From positions 1-41,460 of the IMG/VR virus record IMGVR_UViG_3300009068_000072: DNA of 41,460 nt; one strand, given 5' to 3'. This DNA is from a virus (lineage: Duplodnaviria > Caudoviricetes). The notes below the pieces were generated by a model. The model made no database searches. It was not told the DNA's origin and saw nothing but the letters and a program-made list of their open reading frames with translations. The position numbers and the translations under genes are program-made. Positions 1-9,488 of the stretch are shown piece after piece; the first letter of the stretch is position 1, and each line of letters begins with the position of its first letter.

Positions 1-3000
1 CTAGACCAGAAAGTATTTCTTTTATTTCTTGTAATTCAACTTGTGCGCCTTTATCTCCTTCTGCGGCTTTAACTGAGACATCTGCAGCTTTTTGTCTTAA
101 GCTATCTTGTTTATTCATATTTTCACCTAAATATTTATCTGCTTCTGCGGGAGTTAATGCTCCTTTTTCTCCTATTGCCAAAGGTTTATTTATATTTGGC
201 GTAAATTCTCTTGCTGCGATTTGATTTGCTGCGCCATTCACTGTAGACGTTGGGACTTGTGATGTATTCGTGTTCATTAAAGGCTTAGTTGGTTGGTTCG
301 CGATGAATGTTCCATCAGGCAACGTCGCCCCTTTAGGTTTTTCTCCTATTGCCGTTGATGTATCTATACTATTTATAGCTTGAGTTTCTTCTGGATTAAA
401 ACCAAATTGATATCCTCCAGCTGCACCAGAGCGCATTGTAGGTGCTGTTTCAGCAATTGTTGGATCTTTTGCGTAAGCTTTTTGAAATTCTTCAACATAA
501 ATCTTTTGAAGCTCAGTCATTGCGGGTTCTTGAGCTTGAGCTTCTCCTATGCCTTGACTTACAGAAGTTTCTGGTGCTTTTGATGTATCCATGCTCATTA
601 AAGTTTGAGTTTCTTCTGGACTCATACCAAATTGATACCCTCCAGCTTCACCAGAACGCATTGTGGGCATTGTTTGAGCGATTGTTGGATCTTGAGCTAT
701 AGCTTTTTGAGCTTCTTCAATAAACATCTTTTGGAAATCTGTCATTGCAGGCTCTTGAGATTGAGCTTGTTCTATACCCTGACTTACAGAAGTTTCTGGA
801 GTTCCTGTATCCCCAGTGGCCATTTTTGTAACTTGCTCTAATATTTTTGCTACATTTTGTGGCAATTGTTCTTTTTGGAAAGCTGCATCAAATTGAGCTG
901 CCGCAATATTACCTGCATCTGCTGCTTGTTTGTCGTATACTTTTGCTAGCGCTTCACCTTCTGGAGTTTTAGTGGCTCTTGATTGAGTTGCTAAATCTTT
1001 AAATGTTTGTTCTATGAATTTTGTTTGTTGCGGTACAACAGATTCTTTTAATGCTTTATTTACGTCTGCACTTCCTGCGCCACCAGTTAATTCTAATGTA
1101 GCCATTCCAGCTTCAGCAAATCCTCTGGCTGCAGTATTTTCTAATCCATATTTTTTACCAGTTTGTGCTTTTTGAAATCCTCCGAGTAATTTTTCTACAG
1201 GTTCTTTTAAAGTTTCTGGATTTAAAAATCCTTGCATTCCACCTAGAGCTTTTGTTCTTTCTTGATTTCTAATTTGTTTAATTTGTTCTGCTAATTGTTT
1301 TGCTGCAATTACATTAGCAGTTTTTAATTCTTCATCTACTAAAGCTATATTGCTTTGCATTTCTTTTAAAGCGCTTGCTGTTTGTGATTGCAAAGCTCCT
1401 ATATCACTTAAATTTAATTCTTTTCCTAAAGCCTCTAATTTTTGAGCTATAACTTCTGGTCCACCACCTTCTTTAACAATTCCTGCAATTTCAGCTTTCT
1501 TGTTTTGTAATCCAGTTACGTCTTGTTTATTTTGTATGCCTTCATCAATTTGTTTTTGAATTGAATTTGCAAAATTAGCGCTAATTGTCTCTGTTGCTCC
1601 TGCGCCTGCTTGAGCTTTTTCCGCCTCTGCTGCATTAATTCTTGTAGATTGGTCTATCGCTGCTTGTCCAACGGCCATTCCTTTTGCTGTGGTAAATGGT
1701 TGAGCAGTTTGTAATTCTGAACTTGCTGCTGCATTAGCAATTTTTGATAAGTTAGATTGTCTTACATTTGCAAGTTTAAGTTCTGCTACAGCTGAAGCTC
1801 TACTTGCTTCTGCAGATATAGCTGCTGCTTCTGCAGCATCTTGTTTTGCTCTGGCTTCTTTTTTCGCTGCTTCTTCCTCTGCTTTTCTTTTATCAATATC
1901 TTGTTGTCTTGCTTTGCTACCTTCTTCTAATTTTCTTTTAGCATCATTTGCTTCTAATCCTACTGTTTTAATTTGTTGAGCTAATAAATCAAAATTTTCT
2001 GCTCCTGCGGCTCTTTCATTATTTAATAGAGCTGTAAGAACTTCTTCTTCTTGGACACTTAAGCCCATTTTAGATAAAGTTTCAATAAATGCTGCGCCTT
2101 TTTGATTTAAATCAATAGTTCCATTAGCAATACCATCAAAGAAATCTTTATTCAAACCTGCTACAATTTTTTCTGCATCTGCTTTGGCAAATTTTTCTGC
2201 GTTTTGACCCTTGCTAGTATAAACTCCACCAGCTAATTGTGTGCTTGTTGTAGCGGAAAATCCGCCAGTTGTTCTATTAGTAGCATATTCTCCAACTCCA
2301 CCAATAAGTTGTTCTCCAGTGATACCAAGATAATCGATAAGACCACCTATTCCTCCAGATTGTTTTGCCCCTTGAACTTTTGTTCCAATTCCTGCTGCAG
2401 TTTCTTCTTGTTTTTTCTTTCCGCCTTCTTTAGCTAAAGCTTGAGCAACAACATCTTGTATTTCTGTTAAATTTTTTGCAGAAGCTACTTGAGTTCTATA
2501 TTGCGGTGGTACATCTAACAATGCCTCATATAAATCTTTTTCTCCTTTTTGAACATCTTTAAATGGTTTATCGCTTTTATAAATTTCTTGTAATTTTTCA
2601 AAAGTTGCTGCGTATTTTTGAGTAGAATCACTTAATCTACTAAAATTTTCTCCAGTTAATTTGCTATTTTCAATAATTTTATTTATCGGTGCATCTCTTA
2701 TAGATTTAGTAATTCCTTCGATTGCTTGATTAAGGCCAGCAACTGCTCCAATTATAAGTCCCACTCGACCCGGAATTATTTGACTTATACTTGTAAATGT
2801 TGAAGCGCCTTTTAATATTTCTGAAGTAACTGTTCCAAATGCGCTTTTACTATCTTTATTAAAAGTTTCAACTATACCAGATAAAGTTGATAAAGCAAAA
2901 CTAGCAGAAAACATATTATCTTTTAATTTTTTCATACCTTCTGGTATGGCTTGATCATCAAAAGCTTTTTTTAATCCACCTCCAATATTACCCATTGTTG

Positions 3001-5878
3001 TAGGAGCAAAATTTGGTATAAATCCTCGCGCTAAACTTTCTTGAGCTTTTTGAGAATTCTTCATTGCTTGACCAATTCCTTCTGGATGATCTTTTTTTAC
3101 TGCAGAAAAATTAGATTGAGTATTCTTATCTCTAACGTATAATCCAACGCCTTCTTGGAAATCAAGTGCTGGATTTCCACCCATCTTTTTTTCTGTTTCC
3201 ATTGCATCTTTAATAGAAGCGAAATTAGGAATATAACCACGAGACATTGCTTTTGCAGTTTTAATTTGACTTGCAAAAGTTGTAAATAATTTACTTTTTA
3301 AACCAGCATTTGTTGCGCCTTCTCCAACTGGACTTCTTTTCGAATCAATATGTGGATTTTTTAATTTTGGTGCATCTGCGCCAAATAGAGCATTAATTAT
3401 TTCTTCATTATCAAAATCTGTTGGGGAATAATCCCAAGTTCTATTACCTTTTTCATCAAGATCTGCATTAGCTGCGGATTGATTTAAAGATTTATTAATT
3501 GCTGTAGATATTACTGTTTCAAAAATTCGTCCTGCAATTTGTGGATAAGCAGATTCATCTGCGACCATATCATTAAATATTTTTGTATCATCTGGAAATT
3601 CTTTTTTTAATGGTTTTAAAAGATCATCAGCCATTCCACGAATTGCATCTGGAAGATGTTTTTTAATTACTGAATCAAAATTCTTTTCATCACTTGGTAA
3701 AAGATTTTTTGGAACTGCGGATTTTATATCAGTAAATTTAATTCTTGTTCCATCTTCTACATAATTAACATCTTTAGTAGATCTGTCTCCATAACTTGAA
3801 ATAACTGTTACATCTCCAGCTGGAATTGTTTTTAATGGAGTTTTTGCGCCTGTTGGTTTATTTGTTTTTGCATATTGTTGTACTGGTAATCCTAATTTTT
3901 CTAATTGTTTTGCTGCTCCCGTCTTTTTTGAAGCGGGTGCATTTGGATTATTCAAAGTAGCCCTTAATTGTTCTGGTGTTTGCGCAAAATTTGGAACAAA
4001 TCCTAAAAAGTTTAATTTGTTGTAAAGTTCTTTTTGTCTTTGATTTCCAACTGAACCATAGGTTGGAATAACTGCAGAATCTCCATTTGAACCCATGCCA
4101 ACGATTTCTATTTCTTTATTATTTTTTACAAACTTTTGACCATCTATTGTTCCTTGAGAGATTTGTGCTTTTGGATTAACTGCACCCATACTTCTTGCAT
4201 TTTGTTCTTCTTGTCCAAAAAGATTAGGTACAAATCCACCAGCTTTAGCTTGTAATCTACCAGAAGTTGGACCAGATTTAGATACTGAAACACCCGCAGC
4301 AGAAAGAGAAGCAGCTAAAGTTTTTGACAATGTAACTTGCTGCTCCATTGCAAGTGTTTGAGCTTTAATTGTATTTAAAATTGATTCTTGGATATCTTTT
4401 AAAGAAGTTTGACCACTAGTAAGTTGAGCTATAATCGCTGGATCTTTTGATAAAACATTAAAAATTTGTTGTTGAAGTTGAGCTTGTTCTGCAGTTTTTG
4501 TATTTAAATTTAATATTGTTTTTGCTGCATCTGCAGTAAATACAGTTAATCTTTCAAAAATCGTAAATAATGCTTTTGCGCCGATTAATAATCCGGGTCC
4601 AGATAAAAAGTTTCCAATTCCTCTTAACAAGCCTTCTCCAATTTTAGAGCCAACATCTTCACTATCTCCTGCTCCAATATTTTCTAATATAGTATTTAAT
4701 CCGCCGAAAACTTTTTTTAATGCTGGAGCTAAACTTAATTCTCCAATTTTTGCGCCAGCTGCAGTAAGATTTGCAATTGTTTTATTTAAAAGAGAAGCTA
4801 AGGTTGTATTTAATTCTTCATTTCTACGTATAGCTTCATCTGTTGCTCCTGTAGAAATTTGTAAAGCATTTGAAAATATAGAATACTCTTTATTCAAATC
4901 TCCTAAAGCAGCTTTCAATACGTTAATTTGGAACACTCCACCGACTGTTTCTGCAATTGAAGCTTTTTGTCTATCATTTAAAGTATCATATGTTTTTGCA
5001 AGACTACTTAGAATTTGAATAAGTGGTCTAGTATTTCCTGATGCTGTTTGAGTTTCTATGCCTAGTTGTTGTAAATCTTCTAAAACTTTTGGTCTTTGCA
5101 ATCTTGTGAAAATTGTTTTAAATGAATTTCCAATAACTGCTCCACCTCTAGCAGTAATTTGTTGAGCAGAAGTTACAATAGCAAGTAATTCATCAAAACT
5201 AACACCAGCATCTTCCGCGCTACTTCCTACTCTTTTAATAGCTTCTGCAAGATCTCCAGAACTAACAGCAAAACTTGCGTCAACTGCTGCTAATTTATTA
5301 ATAACTTCTGTTGATGATAGGGCTGCTTTTTGAAAACCATTAAGAGCAGCAGTAATAGCTTCAACTGAATCAACCGCGCCTAAGCCAGAAAGTCGAGTTA
5401 AGATGAGCGCATCTTGTGTCCTTTTTAAAGTTTCAGCAACTCCTAAACCTTGACGAGAAAGCTCTGTAGCTGCAGAAGCAACTGTTGAAAATGCATTTCC
5501 TGTATTTTTAGCAATATCAAAGAGATTTGTGCCAAATTGAGCCAAACTTTTATCTGTTAAATTTAATATAACATTAATGTCTTTTAAAGCTTTTTCTACT
5601 TCAATTGCGGCTTTAACGCTTTCAGAAAGAGCTTTTTCAACTGCATAAATAGCACTAGCAGAGGCTCCGAATGCAATAACACGAGCATTAGACGCTTCTA
5701 ATGATTTTTCAAACTCACCTAATTGACCTTTAATTTTACCCAAGGGAGCAGAAAAACCTCCACCTTTAGAGTTAAAATTAAGGGTATATGGCTTAGAAAC
5801 TAGAGCATCAATCTGCTTCTGAGCAGCCCTAATATTCGCTACTACATCAATTTCTAGTTGATTTCTACCTTGTGCCAT
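1..5878 (-). CDS. Tail tape measure protein (TP901-like core), >1959 aa, 3' end outside window
   Basis: ATG at 5878 (MAQGRNQLEIDVVANIRAAQ...). The same frame is open at the window edge (...GAQVELQEIKEILSGL) and the ORF track lists no terminated ORF here. TMP core: AATELSRQGLG..ALILTRLSG..INKLAAVDASFAVSSGDLAEAIKRVGSSA..GGAVIGNSFKTIFTRL. Lies downstream of the tail tube. Confidence 0.93.
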   Translation of the reverse strand, partial: MAQGRNQLEIDVVANIRAAQKQIDALVSKPYTLNFNSKGGGFSAPLGKIKGQLGEFEKSLEASNARVIAFGASASAIYAVEKALSESVKAAIEVEKALKDINVILNLTDKSLAQFGTNLFDIAKNTGNAFSTVASAATELSRQGLGVAETLKRTQDALILTRLSGLGAVDSVEAITAALNGFQKAALSSTEVINKLAAVDASFAVSSGDLAEAIKRVGSSAEDAGVSFDELLAIVTSAQQITARGGAVIGNSFKTIFTRLQRPKVLEDLQQLGIETQTASGNTRPLIQILSSLAKTYDTLNDRQKASIAETVGGVFQINVLKAALGDLNKEYSIFSNALQISTGATDEAIRRNEELNTTLASLLNKTIANLTAAGAKIGELSLAPALKKVFGGLNTILENIGAGDSEDVGSKIGEGLLRGIGNFLSGPGLLIGAKALFTIFERLTVFTADAAKTILNLNTKTAEQAQLQQQIFNVLSKDPAIIAQLTSGQTSLKDIQESILNTIKAQTLAMEQQVTLSKTLAASLSAAGVSVSKSGPTSGRLQAKAGGFVPNLFGQEEQNARSMGAVNPKAQISQGTIDGQKFVKNNKEIEIVGMGSNGDSAVIPTYGSVGNQRQKELYNKLNFLGFVPNFAQTPEQLRATLNNPNAPASKKTGAAKQLEKLGLPVQQYAKTNKPTGAKTPLKTIPAGDVTVISSYGDRSTKDVNYVEDGTRIKFTDIKSAVPKNLLPSDEKNFDSVIKKHLPDAIRGMADDLLKPLKKEFPDDTKIFNDMVADESAYPQIAGRIFETVISTAINKSLNQSAANADLDEKGNRTWDYSPTDFDNEEIINALFGADAPKLKNPHIDSKRSPVGEGATNAGLKSKLFTTFASQIKTAKAMSRGYIPNFASIKDAMETEKKMGGNPALDFQEGVGLYVRDKNTQSNFSAVKKDHPEGIGQAMKNSQKAQESLARGFIPNFAPTTMGNIGGGLKKAFDDQAIPEGMKKLKDNMFSASFALSTLSGIVETFNKDSKSAFGTVTSEILKGASTFTSISQIIPGRVGLIIGAVAGLNQAIEGITKSIRDAPINKIIENSKLTGENFSRLSDSTQKYAATFEKLQEIYKSDKPFKDVQKGEKDLYEALLDVPPQYRTQVASAKNLTEIQDVVAQALAKEGGKKKQEETAAGIGTKVQGAKQSGGIGGLIDYLGITGEQLIGGVGEYATNRTTGGFSATTSTQLAGGVYTSKGQNAEKFAKADAEKIVAGLNKDFFDGIANGTIDLNQKGAAFIETLSKMGLSVQEEEVLTALLNNERAAGAENFDLLAQQIKTVGLEANDAKRKLEEGSKARQQDIDKRKAEEEAAKKEARAKQDAAEAAAISAEASRASAVAELKLANVRQSNLSKIANAAASSELQTAQPFTTAKGMAVGQAAIDQSTRINAAEAEKAQAGAGATETISANFANSIQKQIDEGIQNKQDVTGLQNKKAEIAGIVKEGGGPEVIAQKLEALGKELNLSDIGALQSQTASALKEMQSNIALVDEELKTANVIAAKQLAEQIKQIRNQERTKALGGMQGFLNPETLKEPVEKLLGGFQKAQTGKKYGLENTAARGFAEAGMATLELTGGAGSADVNKALKESVVPQQTKFIEQTFKDLATQSRATKTPEGEALAKVYDKQAADAGNIAAAQFDAAFQKEQLPQNVAKILEQVTKMATGDTGTPETSVSQGIEQAQSQEPAMTDFQKMFIEEAQKAIAQDPTIAQTMPTMRSGEAGGYQFGMSPEETQTLMSMDTSKAPETSVSQGIGEAQAQEPAMTELQKIYVEEFQKAYAKDPTIAETAPTMRSGAAGGYQFGFNPEETQAINSIDTSTAIGEKPKGATLPDGTFIANQPTKPLMNTNTSQVPTSTVNGAANQIAAREFTPNINKPLAIGEKGALTPAEADKYLGENMNKQDSLRQKAADVSVKAAEGDKGAQVELQEIKEILSGL
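380..805 (-). repeat. Degenerate tandem duplication, 225-bp (75-aa) period, within TMP
   Basis: PETSVSQGIEQAQSQEPAMTDFQKMFIEEAQKAIAQDPTIAQTMPTMRSGEAGGYQFGMSPEETQ versus PETSVSQGIGEAQAQEPAMTELQKIYVEEFQKAYAKDPTIAETAPTMRSGAAGGYQFGFNPEETQ. Confidence 0.9.
3005..4240 (-). repeat. Four G[FY][IV]PN[FL] peptide motifs within TMP
   Basis: GGFVPNLF 4217-4240; GFVPNFA 3983-4003; GYIPNFA 3218-3238; GFIPNFA 3005-3025, all in the TMP frame. Confidence 0.9.
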
Positions 5879-5888
5879 ACTAATAAAT

Positions 5889-5895
5889 ATTACAC
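5889..5895 (-). promoter_or_regulatory. Putative late promoter motif GTGTAAT upstream of TMP
   Basis: Motif 10 nt upstream of ATG 5878; recurs before many genes. Confidence 0.7.
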
Positions 5896-5915
5896 GATAT
5901 TTTAATTAATTATAA

Positions 5916-6917
5916 TTATAATCCATGTAATTTTATTATATCTTTCATACTCAATTCACCACCAGCTTTTTCGGCTTCTTTTGCCAAATCTATTATCTCA
6001 TCTTTTTGATCAAAATTATTAATTGTCTTAATTTCATCTTTAGAAGCTCCCATATAAGTAGCTCCATCCTTTTCTTTTGCTCTATGCCTGACTTCTGAGG
6101 CGCTACCTATGTTTTTATTTAATTCATACCAATCAATTAATTTATCAAGATCATCATAATATTCTTCACTAGGACTAGCGCCTTTAGATAATACATTTTT
6201 ATACATTAATCCATATGAGAATATTTCTAATTGAAACGTGGATAATTGAACTATTGGTTTCCCATAAAATACATAAATATCACTTTCAGTTAAGAAAAGG
6301 TTATTTAAGAAAAATGGCAAAGCTGCGATTTTTTTTATGTTTTTTTGATTGAAGTAATCAATCACAGTATTATAAATAACAATGTATTTAGATAATTGTT
6401 TAATATCTAAATCATCAAAATCTTCTTGGTTAAATAAATTATTTTTTAAATCTATATCTTTATATATGGATCTATAGATAATCATTTCATTTGATCTTTT
6501 GTTAGCATATTTTTCGGCTGTAGTACCTAATAATTCTTCGCGCTCTTTAAGTATTTCATTTGATTCTTTTTCTAAACCTTTGATTTGATTGGTTATCGTT
6601 GTAGCTTGACTTTTGATAACTATTTTTTTAAGAGTATCCCTTAGATTATCTATTTGTCTTTTATTAGAAAATATCTTCTTTTCTTTTTCTTCAGTCCATA
6701 GCTCGGCTTTATATAGTTCATCTATTTTAGATTTCTCATCTGGCAAGCCACGAATTTTGGCTTCATTAAAATGTTGTATATATAAATCTTCTATCGAACC
6801 AAGATCTGTTTCAAATGGATGTTTGATGTATATATTTTCAGAAGCTATATAAGAATATCCTAGAACGATATCTTTGTATAGTTTTCTTAAAAATCTATAC
6901 TCATTACTTAGTGTCAC
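5916..6917 (-). CDS. Hypothetical protein, possible tail assembly chaperone
   Basis: 333-aa ORF with a coiled-coil segment, immediately upstream of TMP; function from synteny only. Confidence 0.45.
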   Translation of the reverse strand: MTLSNEYRFLRKLYKDIVLGYSYIASENIYIKHPFETDLGSIEDLYIQHFNEAKIRGLPDEKSKIDELYKAELWTEEKEKKIFSNKRQIDNLRDTLKKIVIKSQATTITNQIKGLEKESNEILKEREELLGTTAEKYANKRSNEMIIYRSIYKDIDLKNNLFNQEDFDDLDIKQLSKYIVIYNTVIDYFNQKNIKKIAALPFFLNNLFLTESDIYVFYGKPIVQLSTFQLEIFSYGLMYKNVLSKGASPSEEYYDDLDKLIDWYELNKNIGSASEVRHRAKEKDGATYMGASKDEIKTINNFDQKDEIIDLAKEAEKAGGELSMKDIIKLHGL

Positions 6918-7707
6918 TTACTTTGGATTCTGTTGTATTTTCTTTTTGTTCTATATCTGTTTGAATTGGAATATAGAATTTTTCTGCTCTTTCAAAATCT
7001 TCTGTAGATGAAATCTTACCCATATACCAAAAACTTATGAAATAAGCTAGCTTCTTGAATACTTCTTGCCAAAATGGATCATCTTGATCTTCTAAGGAAT
7101 CATATTTATCTAATTTTTCTTCAAAGGTTTTAGCATCAAACAATGGACTAAAATCTTCATTTTGTTCATTTTTAATATGAGAAAGACTTAGAACCCACCA
7201 CATAATAGTTTGATTTCTAGCTCTATTTTCTGCGGTTTGATCAAACAATGAAATTTGAGAAAATTCAACAGTTTGAAGTTCTTGGCGAATTTCGGTTAAT
7301 TCTCCAATTAGACTTGCTATTTTTGTAGTCTTTTCTTCTGGAGAAATATTTTCTAAATTAAGAGAAACTTTTTGAAACTCTGTTTCTTTATTGTATAAGT
7401 CGATATATAATTTACTATACTTTTGCTTCTCTGGTTCACTCATAGCGCCACCATCATTTTGATATCTTTTTGCAAGTAATGCTTTTGTTAGAAGACCAGA
7501 TTTAATTCCTTCAGAAAGTTTGACAGCGTAAAATAATTCAGCGTCATCAAATAAACGTCTAGTTGGTTTTTGTATTTTAAATTTAACTGGTAAGATTTTT
7601 TTTACTTTTTTTGTAGTTTTAACTTCGTTACCTTGTTCATCTTTTGCGATATCTATTTGTTCAAGTTCTTTTTCTTGATTTACTGAGAATTCATATAACC
7701 ATTTCAT
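6904..7707 (-). CDS. Hypothetical protein, possible tail assembly chaperone
   Basis: 267 aa, acidic and helical, SD-like GGAGCAAGGA, between tail tube and TMP. Confidence 0.45.
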   Translation of the reverse strand: MKWLYEFSVNQEKELEQIDIAKDEQGNEVKTTKKVKKILPVKFKIQKPTRRLFDDAELFYAVKLSEGIKSGLLTKALLAKRYQNDGGAMSEPEKQKYSKLYIDLYNKETEFQKVSLNLENISPEEKTTKIASLIGELTEIRQELQTVEFSQISLFDQTAENRARNQTIMWWVLSLSHIKNEQNEDFSPLFDAKTFEEKLDKYDSLEDQDDPFWQEVFKKLAYFISFWYMGKISSTEDFERAEKFYIPIQTDIEQKENTTESKVSDTK

Positions 7708-7721
7708 ATTTTCCTTGCTCC

Positions 7722-7979
7722 TTATAGTAGATTTTTAGACTTTAAAAAGTCTTTGGTTTTGTTAAAATTTTTAACTCCGCCAATAGTTCTTATAAACTTA
7801 TTTTGTTTTTCTGAGTCCCAAGTCTTTATATGTTGTAAGGACTTGCTTTTAATAAAAGATTCAAAATCAAAATATTTAATCTTAAAGTCTTTTTCAAGAG
7901 TTCTTTGAATAGCTTGCATTGATAATACAGCTGATAAAGTTTCCTCAATGGGATAATTAAATATTAGTTTACTTTTCAT
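7722..7979 (-). CDS. Hypothetical protein
   Basis: 85-aa ORF overlapping the upstream gene, tightly packed. Confidence 0.6.
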   Translation of the reverse strand: MKSKLIFNYPIEETLSAVLSMQAIQRTLEKDFKIKYFDFESFIKSKSLQHIKTWDSEKQNKFIRTIGGVKNFNKTKDFLKSKNLL

Positions 7980-8262
7980 TTTTAATTTCCATGTTTAATA
8001 GATCTAAGTTTTTACTTATTTCCCTAGCTGTTTCATTTCCTAAATCTAATACCTTTTTCCTTAAGTAATTATACTTATTATCATCAAAATAATCAACATT
8101 TTTTAAAGTCTCTTGATCTACTTTACTATTCAATTTATTAAGCATATTTACATGCTCTTCTTGAATATCTTCAATTAGATTAAGATATCTCTTGTAAAGA
8201 GAAGTAATGTTTCTATGTATTTGAAATAATAGAAATTCCTTAAGTTTAGGATCTGTCTCCAT
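7969..8262 (-). CDS. Hypothetical protein
   Basis: 97-aa ORF with AAGGA SD-like sequence and GTGTAAA motif at 8293-8299. Confidence 0.7.
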   Translation of the reverse strand: METDPKLKEFLLFQIHRNITSLYKRYLNLIEDIQEEHVNMLNKLNSKVDQETLKNVDYFDDNKYNYLRKKVLDLGNETAREISKNLDLLNMEIKNEK

Positions 8263-8300
8263 AAGCCTTATATTCCTTGTTCCTTACCTATGTTTACACT

Positions 8301-8322
8301 AAAAACCCCGCTTTCGCGGGGT
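8301..8322 (-). terminator. Rho-independent terminator after tail tube gene
   Basis: Minus strand ACCCCGC-GAAA-GCGGGGT followed by a T-run. Confidence 0.85.
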
Positions 8323-8351
8323 CTTAGTAATTTTAAATTTTGTTTAAAATA

Positions 8352-9422
8352 TTAACTTGATGTATTACTTTCGATGAACAATCCTTTATTCAAGTCACTT
8401 GGTCCACCGATTTGAGCACTAAACTCCATTGTAACTGATTTGTTATCACCGATTGAAGAACTAAATGATTGAGAATCTAGTTTTGCACCTTTTAATGTAT
8501 ACTTTAGTGCGTATGGAGTATAACTTGTATCACAATTATTACTTGGGGATCCTAATACGAATATTAGATCATAGCTTTTGCTATCATCACAAACTATATC
8601 GGATAGAGCGTTTCCAATGTTATCACTTCCAGCAATATCACCCATGATAGCTTCTACGCTAGCTGTAACTGTAACTGGGAATGTAATTTCTCTTGAGAAA
8701 GCATATTTACTACCAAGTTTTTGAATTGCATCACGACCAATATCAGTTGATAGTGAGAAATTTTGAATCTTTAAATCGCTTGCATTTACGCCAAGACCAG
8801 AAATATTTAATAGAACATCTCCGGGGCGAAGCGCAGTATATCCCACTCCTGTACTTGGAATTGGAATAGCGAATATATTTGAGGTATTTGCAGAACCGAC
8901 AGCAGGATCTACGTCAGGTGTATAACCAGTTACTGCGCCATAGAATTTCATATTTAATCCTTCAGCAGCAACTGATACGGTTGGGAAACCTCCAACTGCA
9001 GCTTCGATTGAATAAGATGTTAAACCACCATTACCGATACCAATTACTCGACCTGCACCTGTTGCGGCTGTATCAACATTTGCATCTGTACCTTCTGGAG
9101 AAACATAAATATAATAATTATTAAGATCTTTTCCACCAGTAAGAATATTAGCTAAAGCACCTTTTGTACTTCCCAAAAAGAAACCTAATGCATTTTCATT
9201 TTGACCAGAGCTAGCATAATAAGTAAAATCTAAACTTACTGTTGGTTGTTCTAGAATAACACGATCAATTGCAGCCAATTGGCCGTATTGATTAACGTCT
9301 TGTCTTGTGATATCAAAACTATAGTTTGCATCTTGAACTCTCATTAATTGAGTTGGTGTTGCAGCTCCTGTAGCTCCTACGAAAAGCGCTTCACTTTGAT
9401 AAATTACTCTTTTTCTTGGCAT
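8352..9422 (-). CDS. Major tail (tube) protein
   Basis: 356 aa, beta-rich (LMRVQDANYSFDITRQDVNQYGQLAAIDRV..PTVSLDF; AKLDSQSFSSSIGDNKSVTMEF), strong SD AAAGGAG, own terminator, located between neck genes and TMP. Confidence 0.8.
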   Translation of the reverse strand: MPRKRVIYQSEALFVGATGAATPTQLMRVQDANYSFDITRQDVNQYGQLAAIDRVILEQPTVSLDFTYYASSGQNENALGFFLGSTKGALANILTGGKDLNNYYIYVSPEGTDANVDTAATGAGRVIGIGNGGLTSYSIEAAVGGFPTVSVAAEGLNMKFYGAVTGYTPDVDPAVGSANTSNIFAIPIPSTGVGYTALRPGDVLLNISGLGVNASDLKIQNFSLSTDIGRDAIQKLGSKYAFSREITFPVTVTASVEAIMGDIAGSDNIGNALSDIVCDDSKSYDLIFVLGSPSNNCDTSYTPYALKYTLKGAKLDSQSFSSSIGDNKSVTMEFSAQIGGPSDLNKGLFIESNTSS

Positions 9423-9488
9423 ATTTTTATTTCTCCTTTGAAATCTTGTCTATTATTACAGTTAATTTTATATCAAGAGAAGTCATTT

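Noticed and set aside
380-2437. Plus-strand ORFs 380..583, 442..702, 605..841 and 2237..2437, two of which resemble each other
   Set aside because: Antisense shadows of the TMP; their similarity simply reflects the 225-bp duplication
6904-6917. Programmed -1 frameshift for tail chaperones
   Set aside because: Frames are related by +1 and no slippery heptamer was seen at the overlap
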